Source of the DNA: Flavobacteriia bacterium
GTDB taxonomy: Bacteria > Bacteroidota > Bacteroidia > Flavobacteriales > Flavobacteriaceae
Assembly: GCA_018500075.2 (NCBI GenBank)
Contig: JAHBAN020000085.1
Span: 1 to 35,799 of the forward strand
DNA: 35,799 nt
Reading direction: 5' to 3'
Shown here one piece after another: positions 1 through 7,801 of this stretch. Both the position numbers and the translations under genes were made by a program. Position 1 is the stretch's first letter, and each line of letters starts with the position of its first letter. The notes below the pieces were generated by a model. That model had not been told where the DNA came from. It searched no databases and saw nothing but the letters and a program-made list of their open reading frames with translations.

Positions 1-327
1 AATAGTGACTGCATCCAAATCTTTTTGCTCATCTAACATTTTTCTGAAGTCCTTAAAGTAAGCGGCTCCTTCGTGTCTTTCTATGGCATTTTTAGCCTGT
101 GCTGGATCTACATCACACAAAGCAGCCACTCGGTTTGCTCCGTTGTTGTAGGCGTTGTTTATATCGGAGTTTCCTTTGCCGCCCGCACCAATAGCGCCTA
201 GCACTAATTGGTCACTTGGAGCGGTGAAACCGGTACCGCCTAAAACGTGGCGGGGTACAATATAAAACCCAGTTCCCATAAGGGCACTTTTCTTGATAAA
301 GTCTCTTCGGTTGTTTTTTGATTTCAT
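1..327 (-). CDS. Tat-exported Gfo/Idh/MocA family NAD(P)-dependent oxidoreductase, N-terminal 109 aa (runs off the window edge; absent from the ORF track)
   Basis: Manual translation from ATG at 327 gives MKSKNNRRDFIKKSALMGTGFYIVPRHVLGGTGFTAPSDQLVLGAIGAGGKG...VAALCDVD...FKDFRKMLDEQKDLDAVTI. It has a twin-arginine NRRDFIK motif, a Rossmann IGAGGKG motif and the typical CDVD and DFRKML..D.DAV segments. Confidence 0.9.
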   Translation of the reverse strand, partial: MKSKNNRRDFIKKSALMGTGFYIVPRHVLGGTGFTAPSDQLVLGAIGAGGKGNSDINNAYNNGANRVAALCDVDPAQAKNAIERHEGAAYFKDFRKMLDEQKDLDAVTI

Positions 328-503
328 TGTGAGATGAGGTTTTTTTAAGATGGTTGTTATTAAAATGATAATTTTGAGACCCTTAAATTAAAGAAAAAAT
401 ATGAAGCTGGCGCCATGACTTCTTAATAATTGGCAGGGCACACTTTTAGGGCTTAAAAGGACCGATGAAAACCAATGAAATAAGGGGTGTGTTAAAGACT
501 TTT

Positions 504-2534
504 TTAAAGACTCAATTCTAATCCAAAATATCCATTTCTTGAAGGGGTTGGCTCATAGTAGCGTCCTCCAAAGGCATTGATCCTGATGTTGTCATAATAG
601 CGGCTATTGGTAAGATTGTTCAAACCAGCAAAGAGTCTGAATTGCCCCCAAGACATATTAAAATCTTTAAAAACACTTGTGTTTATAAGCTGGTAAGGAT
701 CCACAGAAACACTGTTGCTGTTGTTGGCCATTAGGGTTCCTACATAGTGGTACTGCAGTTTTACAACGGCATGTAGAGGAAGTTTAATGGTCAATTCTGA
801 TTGGAGTTGTTGGTCTGGAATGCCCGGCAGCCTATTTCCTTTAATATGGGTGTTATTAGGTGTTTTAAACAGATAGTTGGCCCAGGTATAGGAGCTGCTC
901 CATTCCCAAATGCCGTGTTGAATGCGCCATTGAGACTCTATTCCTTTGCGTTCAGAGACCCCGCTGTTATTAAAAAACTGCCTACCAGGAAAGGCTTCTA
1001 GTTCATAGGGTAATAACCCTCCAGAAGTATCGCTTATAAAAGCAGAAAGCTCTAAAGACAACAGAGCCATTCCCCATTGTTTTTTCTTTCTGTAAATGAG
1101 CTCAAAACTTTTTGTTTTACTGGGGGTTAAAGATCTATTTAACCCAAGAGTGCCTTGGGGGGTATTGGCTACTTCTGAGAGTGTTGGTGTCTCAAAACTC
1201 TGGGCGTACTGAAGGCCTATAAACTCATTTTTTGAAAGGCGATAGCCAGCAGTCATACTTGGACTTAAAGCCCTATAAATGTTGTAGTCTCCTTCTTGAA
1301 CCAGCCCCATTTTTATGTTGTCGTACCTAAGAGATCCAGACCACATCCATGCCGCCCAATCTCTCTGATGGCTAAAAAAGACATGGGTGTTTTGGTAACT
1401 TTCTTTTTGTTGTTCACTCAAGCCCCCTTTTTCTCCTTCTTCATTGTTAAACCTGCTTCTCAGGTCTGTTTGCTGGGCGTGCCCTAAGCCCATGACAGTT
1501 GTTCCTTTTCTTTGAAAAGACAGCCTGCTTCCTCCGCCAAAATAATCCCTTTCAAAGGCAGAGATACCCCCATTATTAAAAGGGAGTAATCCAGTAAAAT
1601 CTCTTTTGGCCGCAAACAAATAGGAGTCTAGTGACCCACTGCTTTTTAGTGTATTTGTTTCCCATTTGTAGCGGTGACTCAAGCCTGTTTTTAGATGTCT
1701 TATTTTTTCTGAGGTTTGGTAAATGAGATTGGCCTCTCTTGCGCTTCTGGGCGCCTCAAGAGCCTGCTCTAGGGCAATACCTCCAGGGTCTTTAGCGTAA
1801 GGGCTGTCTGTTACATTAAATTGGGCCACCCATTGGTGGTTGTCATTGGGAGAAAAGCCTACTTTGGCATTGAAAAGCTTTTGTGAAAAGCCAGATTGTT
1901 CTCTGTATCCATCTGCGCTGCTCTGGTTATAATAAAGGAGTGAAGACCATTTTTTGTCCTTAAGGGACAAGGTGGCCTGGTGGGTGGCGAGCCCAAAGGC
2001 ACCACCCATAGCCCGCAGGGCTAATTTTTGCCCAGACAAACTATCTAGGGTGTTAATAAGGACCACACCGCCAGAGGCATTGCCATACAAGGCACCGTTG
2101 GGACCTCTAAGTACCTCTATATTTTCTATGAGCCCCAGCGGGACGTTGTCTAATTGGCCTTGGCCGTCTGGAGTGGTTTCTGGAATGCCGTCTACTACAA
2201 TTTGAACCCCGCGTATGCCAAAGGCAGCTCTGGCGCCAAAGCCGCGTATGGCAATACGTAAATCTTGGTTATAGTTGTATTGGTTTTGGGCAAAAAGTCC
2301 AGGCACCTGTCCTAGGTACTCTTTTAGAGAAAGCTGAGCTGTGGCTGGTTGGATTTGGGCAGCCTTAACAACACTAACTGCTGTTGGAGCTGTAATTAGC
2401 TTGTTTTTAATGAGGGTGGCAGAAACCACTACCTCTTTAAGGCTGGTGGTGTCTTGTTGTGCGTTTACCCAAAAGCAACACAGTAAAGACATCCAGACAA
2501 GGTGTTTTTTAGACGCACTAAAAGCAGCAAACAT
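504..2534 (-). CDS. TonB-dependent outer-membrane receptor, YncD/PqqU-like
   Basis: Signal peptide ending VNA|QQ, TonB box LKEVVVSA, plug QDLRIAIRGFGARAAFGIRG...DGIPETTPDGQGQ...IEVLRGPNGALYGNASGGV and C-terminal RYYEPTPSRN. These resemble the motifs I recall from E. coli YncD/PqqU. Confidence 0.85.
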   Translation of the reverse strand: MFAAFSASKKHLVWMSLLCCFWVNAQQDTTSLKEVVVSATLIKNKLITAPTAVSVVKAAQIQPATAQLSLKEYLGQVPGLFAQNQYNYNQDLRIAIRGFGARAAFGIRGVQIVVDGIPETTPDGQGQLDNVPLGLIENIEVLRGPNGALYGNASGGVVLINTLDSLSGQKLALRAMGGAFGLATHQATLSLKDKKWSSLLYYNQSSADGYREQSGFSQKLFNAKVGFSPNDNHQWVAQFNVTDSPYAKDPGGIALEQALEAPRSAREANLIYQTSEKIRHLKTGLSHRYKWETNTLKSSGSLDSYLFAAKRDFTGLLPFNNGGISAFERDYFGGGSRLSFQRKGTTVMGLGHAQQTDLRSRFNNEEGEKGGLSEQQKESYQNTHVFFSHQRDWAAWMWSGSLRYDNIKMGLVQEGDYNIYRALSPSMTAGYRLSKNEFIGLQYAQSFETPTLSEVANTPQGTLGLNRSLTPSKTKSFELIYRKKKQWGMALLSLELSAFISDTSGGLLPYELEAFPGRQFFNNSGVSERKGIESQWRIQHGIWEWSSSYTWANYLFKTPNNTHIKGNRLPGIPDQQLQSELTIKLPLHAVVKLQYHYVGTLMANNSNSVSVDPYQLINTSVFKDFNMSWGQFRLFAGLNNLTNSRYYDNIRINAFGGRYYEPTPSRNGYFGLELSL

Positions 2535-2546
2535 GATAGTAATTGT

Positions 2547-3923
2547 TTAGGCTACAATTTTAATCATTATTTCACCAAGAAGGATATGATACACCCTAAT
2601 TCTCTTGTCTTCTTGTGATTTCACACTTGATATATATTGGCCTTGCGCGCCTAATAAATAGGAAAGCTTTAGATTAAGTCCGTCTATGGTCTGGGTTTTT
2701 ATTTTTTCATTGTGAGATTTGGTGAGACTTTCATTATAGACCATAGATAATATTTGCGCAGACTCTATGTGTGCACCACCCTTTAAGAGCGTCATAAGTT
2801 CAAATTCAATGGGAGTTATCTCACTCTCTTTTTGATTAAAAACCATCTTACTGGACTGAACATATAATGTGCTCTTTTTTACTTTCTTTTTTCTAAAGAA
2901 TCCAATTAAAAAAACCACGCTTAAGAAGGTAAACACAGCTATGAGCCATTGTTGTGTTACAGAAGCTTTATTGGTGTATAGAGGAATCTCTGCAGTTTGC
3001 TGAAGTACAAAAGCAGCCTCTGACACTTTTTTTAAACGAATATCTAGGTTGTCTATATCGTAGTAATAATAGTGTCCTTTGTGCTTGTATACGGGTTGAT
3101 GGCTCTGTATGTCTACATTAAAATAGAGCGGGTTTTTAGCGAAAACGGATACGGTATTTTCCTCTATGTTCACTTTGATAAGGCCGGATTGGCTGTTAAA
3201 AAGCTCAAAATCATCTGGGTTTGAAGATTGGATTTTTTTATAACGATCCAAGTTTGGCACATTAATGTCTCCCACATAGGTCCATTTTTTTGTCTTAAAA
3301 TTTAAAGCCCAAATGGCATTTGAAAGGATTGTTTTTAGGCGGTTTTGCCCCCTAATATAGTAGCCCCCAAAGACGTATAATTGATCTGATACTAATTGGT
3401 GTTTTTGAGAATGGGTGCCCATAGGCATATCCCCCTCTTGAAAGGGAATGACCTCCCAGCCCTTTGAGGCCTTGTCATAATAAGAGAGGGCGTTGGAGGC
3501 AGTCCAATAGCCGTAGCCGCCATATTTATAAATGGTGTCATTTCTGGTAAATAGGCTACTAAAAGATTGCCAGTTATGGACATCTGATTGGTCTATTCTC
3601 TGAAGGCTGTCAGATGTTATGGCATATAGATTCCCGCCATTTTTTTCGCTGAGCAGCAATTGTTTTTTAAGCCAGACCGGCCTGAGGCTCACAAAGGGGA
3701 CATCGCTTGTTTTGTGTATTTTTCTTGTGTTTTTAACCATTAGCTTTTCCATAGAAACTACGGTCAAGCTGTCTCCTGTAAACTGATACAATAGATCTTG
3801 ATCTGCATTCATGGTGCCAATTTCTATTTTTGTGTCTCTAAACAGCAACTCCCTAGAGGAGCGCTGCTGAGAAAAAAGTAGGCTAGGCAAGAAGCATAAA
3901 AAAAGAAGCGATTTGGGAATCAT
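2547..3923 (-). CDS. Membrane-anchored Kelch-type beta-propeller protein with C-terminal winged-helix-like domain (putative one-component regulator)
   Basis: Signal peptide (LFS|QQ), Kelch-like blades (IYKYGGYG...KGWEVI; LYVFGGY...KKWTYVG), one TM helix (WLIAVFTFLSVVFLIGFF followed by RKKKVKK), then ITPIEFELMTLL...IDGLNLKL...EDKRIRVY, resembling an OmpR/PhoB-type effector domain. Confidence 0.65.
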   Translation of the reverse strand: MIPKSLLFLCFLPSLLFSQQRSSRELLFRDTKIEIGTMNADQDLLYQFTGDSLTVVSMEKLMVKNTRKIHKTSDVPFVSLRPVWLKKQLLLSEKNGGNLYAITSDSLQRIDQSDVHNWQSFSSLFTRNDTIYKYGGYGYWTASNALSYYDKASKGWEVIPFQEGDMPMGTHSQKHQLVSDQLYVFGGYYIRGQNRLKTILSNAIWALNFKTKKWTYVGDINVPNLDRYKKIQSSNPDDFELFNSQSGLIKVNIEENTVSVFAKNPLYFNVDIQSHQPVYKHKGHYYYYDIDNLDIRLKKVSEAAFVLQQTAEIPLYTNKASVTQQWLIAVFTFLSVVFLIGFFRKKKVKKSTLYVQSSKMVFNQKESEITPIEFELMTLLKGGAHIESAQILSMVYNESLTKSHNEKIKTQTIDGLNLKLSYLLGAQGQYISSVKSQEDKRIRVYHILLGEIMIKIVA

Positions 3924-3953
3924 TTATTTTTTTTAAACCGATAAAGCCGGCGG

Positions 3954-4922
3954 TTAGAAACGTAGTTTTTTAAGATAGTCGTAGCTGTTTTTTATGTCTA
4001 CCCAGGGGTTGGGCGCTAGGTCTTGTTCTACAAAATAATGGTCTACTCCTGTTTTTATCGCGGTTTCTAGAATAGCGGGCAAATCAATGACACCTTGTCC
4101 CGCTGTGGTGAGCTGAGGAAATAAGGCCATCCATTCCTGCGGATTGCCGCCATCTGTAGCAAAATACGACTGTGTTTTCATGTCTTTTATATGTAGCATT
4201 TTATATCGCCCAGGGTTGTTCTTTAGAAGTTCAACAGGATTGGCTCTTCCAGCCACCGTCCAAAATAAGTCCATTTCAAAAAAGACCAAGGAAGGATCCG
4301 TACCCCCTAAGATTAGATCTAAAGGCCTAATGCCATTGACCTCTTGTAGTCCGTATCCGTGGTTGTGGTAGGCATAGGAAATGCCGTATTGCTGAGCGCT
4401 TTCCCCTATTTTGTTAAACCGTTCTGCCAGGCTTTTGTAACCATCTAAATTGAGTCTGGTCTCTGGGGGGGCAGAGGGAAGCACTACATATTTGGCGCCC
4501 AAAGCGTTTGCCGCCTCTGCTAGAGCTCCCATATGCTGCTCTAAGGTGTCTAGGTCTGTATGCATGGCAGGCACTTTGAGCTTGTTTTTCTGTAGTATTT
4601 TAGCTGCGCTTTCAAGGGTTTCTCCAAAAAGACCACTCCCCTTAAAGCCCAACATAGGGGTCACTTGCGCCCAACTTTCTTTGTTGTTTTTGTGTGAAAA
4701 GCTATAGGGACCAAAGAACTCTAATTCTTCATAGCCCATAGCCGACAACCTAGAAAGGGTTCCTTCAAAATCTTGCTCTAATAGTTTGGGCAGGGTAAAA
4801 AGACCCAACCCAAGGCTTGGAAGTTTTTTTGACATGGTGGTCAAGTTGTTTAAAAAAGGATGCGCCATAGAAATAGACCCTAGAGCCGCAGCAGAATGTG
4901 TAATAAAATCAAGTCTTTTCAT
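3954..4922 (-). CDS. Sugar phosphate isomerase/epimerase-family TIM-barrel protein (xylose isomerase-like/AP_endonuc_2) with Tat-like leader
   Basis: Metal-site motifs YHNH, FEMDLFW, LHIKD and FVEQD. Start moved to ATG 4922 (MKRLDFITHSAAALG). Confidence 0.85.
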   Translation of the reverse strand: MKRLDFITHSAAALGSISMAHPFLNNLTTMSKKLPSLGLGLFTLPKLLEQDFEGTLSRLSAMGYEELEFFGPYSFSHKNNKESWAQVTPMLGFKGSGLFGETLESAAKILQKNKLKVPAMHTDLDTLEQHMGALAEAANALGAKYVVLPSAPPETRLNLDGYKSLAERFNKIGESAQQYGISYAYHNHGYGLQEVNGIRPLDLILGGTDPSLVFFEMDLFWTVAGRANPVELLKNNPGRYKMLHIKDMKTQSYFATDGGNPQEWMALFPQLTTAGQGVIDLPAILETAIKTGVDHYFVEQDLAPNPWVDIKNSYDYLKKLRF

Positions 4923-5057
4923 GGTCAATGTGAGAGATAATTGAGTAGTAAGTTACAAATTTTGATCTCACCGTACGAAATGCTTTTGTGAAAAAAGCAA
5001 TAAAAATAAGCAGTTAATTTTGTTTCAAAACCTATAAAACAACAATAATTTTTTTTA

Positions 5058-5813
5058 TTATTTAAAAAAAAGAACAAAGGCGCCTAAGGCTGTGAGAACA
5101 AGTATCATTCTTCTGAAAAATAAATCGGTTATTTTTTTTACCAACCAAATGCCACAGAGCAGTCCCATGACTAGTCCTGGCACTAGGTATAAAAAAATCT
5201 GAAGACTCTCTATTGAGATGGTTTTCCACACAAAAATATGAAAGGGAAGTTTAAAGAGGTTGATGAAAAAGAAAAGCCAAGCTGCCGTGCCTATAAAGTG
5301 ATTTTTAGGAAGTTTCAAGGCAAGGAAATATATATTAGAAAAGGCACCAGCCAGGTTCCCAATCATGGTCGTTATTCCTGCCATGACACCCATAAAACCA
5401 CCAAATGTCCAATGTGTAGGGACTTTCTTTTCTTTTTTTTGCTCCCACCAAACAAGCATGCCAAGGGTGGCTAGTATGGTGACACCCATGCCCAATTGAA
5501 AGGTTTTTTCAGGCAGGTCTTTTCCAATAAACACCCCTAGGACCACGCCCAGCATCATCCAAGGGAGAAATTTTTTCAAGTAATGCCATTGGGTGTGTCT
5601 GTGGTAATAGGAGATGGCAAAAATATCTCCCACAATGAGAAGCGGCATAAGCATGCCTGTAGAGGCTTTGCCCCCAAAAGCCAGCGCCATGAGAGTGACG
5701 ATTAAAACCGCAATACCTTTAACGCCTGCCTTAGAGATTCCTAAAATAAAGGCAGCCAGAAAAGCCAGTACATATGCTTGGGCACTAAGAAGCCCTCCTA
5801 AATAGAAATTCAT
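5058..5813 (-). CDS. Sulfite exporter TauE/SafE family membrane protein
   Basis: Multi-TM protein with GISKAGVKG, PLLIVGD, TTMIGNLAG and FFFINLFKLP motifs. Start moved to ATG 5813 because the upstream TTG overlaps a promoter box. Confidence 0.85.
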   Translation of the reverse strand: MNFYLGGLLSAQAYVLAFLAAFILGISKAGVKGIAVLIVTLMALAFGGKASTGMLMPLLIVGDIFAISYYHRHTQWHYLKKFLPWMMLGVVLGVFIGKDLPEKTFQLGMGVTILATLGMLVWWEQKKEKKVPTHWTFGGFMGVMAGITTMIGNLAGAFSNIYFLALKLPKNHFIGTAAWLFFFINLFKLPFHIFVWKTISIESLQIFLYLVPGLVMGLLCGIWLVKKITDLFFRRMILVLTALGAFVLFFK

Positions 5814-5817
5814 AGCA

Positions 5818-5825
5818 CAAAGGTA
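5818..5825 (-). promoter_or_regulatory. Bacteroidota sigma-A -7 element (TACCTTTG) for the tauE-like gene
   Basis: Exact TAnnTTTG match ending 4 nt before ATG 5813. Confidence 0.65.
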
Positions 5826-5982
5826 CAATATGTTTTAGGTCAAGCCTCTTGCTGTTAAAAACACCCCAAACAAATGACATTATTTTTAATACCTTAGTGA
5901 CTTGAACTTAGGTTTGTGGATTCTGATCCCAACCGAATATCTAAACCATTACCAACCAAACCAAAACCAACACCCATTCAAC

Positions 5983-7785
5983 ATGCAACTCTCAACTTTA
6001 GATTACAGTATTATTATTGCCTTTTTTGCCATTGTTTTAATCATAGGAACTGTGGTCTCAAAAAAGTCTGGAAAAAGCACCGCAGAATATTTTTTATCCG
6101 GTCGCTCAATGCCCTGGTGGCTTTTAGGGTTTTCTATGGTAGCCACTACCTTTTCTACAGATACGCCTAATTTGGTGACTGATATTGTGAGAACAAACGG
6201 GGTGTCTGGAAACTGGGTTTGGTGGGCTTTTTTGCTTACTGGTTTGCTCACTGTTTTTGTGTATGCTAAGTTGTGGCGACGCTCGAGCGTGGCTACAGAT
6301 ATGGAGTTTTATGAACTGAGATATGGCGGTAAACCCGCTCACTTTTTACGCTGGTTTAGGGCCTTTTATCTAGGAGTGATTTTTAATATTATGGCCATGG
6401 CAGCTGTCAGTTTGGCCGCCATAAAAATTGGCCAGGTCATGCTTGGTTTGGATCCAGTAGAAACCGTCGTGATAGCTGGGTCTATTACAGTTATATTTAG
6501 TGCTATTGGGGGCTTTAGGGGCGTGATTTACACGGATTTTGTGTTGTTTTTTGTGGCCATTGCGGGCGCCGTTGGGGCGGCGTATTATTTGGTTAATATT
6601 CCAGAGGTAGGTGGATTAGAGGCCCTGCTTACCCATTCCAATGTAGCAAACAAATTATCCATATTACCAGACTTTAGCAATACAGAAGCCCTCATAGGAA
6701 TTTTAATTATACCACTGGCGGTTCAGTGGTGGTCCGCTTGGTATCCTGGTGCAGAACCTGGAGGAGGTGGTTATATAGCCCAGCGGATGCTAGCGGCTAA
6801 AAATGAGAACCACGCCATTGGTGCCACCTTCTTTTTCAACATCATGCACTACGCCCTCAGACCTTGGCCATGGATTTTAGTGGCCTTGGCTTCTTTAGTA
6901 GTCTACCCAGATTTATTGTCCATACAAACCGCTTTTCCCAATGTAGACCCAGGCAAATTAGGAGAAGATTTGGCGTATTCAGCCATGCTTACTAAGTTGC
7001 CTTCTGGCTTACTAGGGCTGGTGATGGCCTCTTTAGGAGCGGCTTATATGTCTACCATTTCTACCCACTTAAACTGGGGGTCCTCCTATATTGTTAACGA
7101 TGTATATAAGCTGGAAATAAACCCAAAAGCCTCTGAGAAACAGCTGGTACAGATAGGTCGCCTGTCTACTGTTTTGCTCATGATTGCTTCAGGAATTTTA
7201 GCACTTTCTTTGACCAACGCTTTGCAACTTTTTGACATCATTCTCATGTTTGGTGCGGGGACCGGATTGATTTTCATTCTCAGGTGGTTTTGGTGGCGCA
7301 TTAATGCCTGGAGTGAGATTTCTGCCATGATTGCCTCTGGTATAATTTCTATTGTATTTAATTTCACCTCATTGGGAGAGACGCTTTTTGGTAGCGCCTT
7401 AGACCAAGGCTTAATGCCTGGGTGGTCTAAATTTCCGGTTGTGGTCCTTATTACGACTGTTATATGGCTGGCAGTAACTTTTTTAACATCTCCCGAGAAA
7501 GAAGCTACCTTAGATGCTTTTTATAAGCAAACCCAGCCTGGCGGTCCAGGATGGAAGGTGCAACAGGCCAACACAAAAGACCAACTTAGCCCTCAAGCCT
7601 GGTCTGTACCATCAGGAATTCTTGCCATGTTATTGGGCGCTGTACTGGTCTATGGCTGTATGTTTGCAACTGGCAATTGGATTTATGGAAACTACACCCT
7701 AGCAAGTTGGCTCACTCTAGCAGTTGCAGTTTCTGGTTTTTTACTGTCTCGAGTTTGGAGCCGTCTAAAAAAAACCGTCCTATAA
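5983..7785 (+). CDS. Sodium:solute symporter (SSS family)
   Basis: EYFLSGRSMPWW, SMVATTFSTD, GGFRGVIYTD, IAQRMLAAK and AAYMST motifs with many TM helices. Start moved to ATG 5983 after an A/C-rich leader. Confidence 0.92.
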   Translation: MQLSTLDYSIIIAFFAIVLIIGTVVSKKSGKSTAEYFLSGRSMPWWLLGFSMVATTFSTDTPNLVTDIVRTNGVSGNWVWWAFLLTGLLTVFVYAKLWRRSSVATDMEFYELRYGGKPAHFLRWFRAFYLGVIFNIMAMAAVSLAAIKIGQVMLGLDPVETVVIAGSITVIFSAIGGFRGVIYTDFVLFFVAIAGAVGAAYYLVNIPEVGGLEALLTHSNVANKLSILPDFSNTEALIGILIIPLAVQWWSAWYPGAEPGGGGYIAQRMLAAKNENHAIGATFFFNIMHYALRPWPWILVALASLVVYPDLLSIQTAFPNVDPGKLGEDLAYSAMLTKLPSGLLGLVMASLGAAYMSTISTHLNWGSSYIVNDVYKLEINPKASEKQLVQIGRLSTVLLMIASGILALSLTNALQLFDIILMFGAGTGLIFILRWFWWRINAWSEISAMIASGIISIVFNFTSLGETLFGSALDQGLMPGWSKFPVVVLITTVIWLAVTFLTSPEKEATLDAFYKQTQPGGPGWKVQQANTKDQLSPQAWSVPSGILAMLLGAVLVYGCMFATGNWIYGNYTLASWLTLAVAVSGFLLSRVWSRLKKTVL

Positions 7786-7801
7786 ATTAAACTGTCTCGG
7801 C

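Noticed and set aside
5941-5982. ACCA/ACCAA low-complexity run
   Set aside because: It fits an unstructured A/C-rich Bacteroidota 5' leader; the track's N-terminal extension through it is probably not translated.
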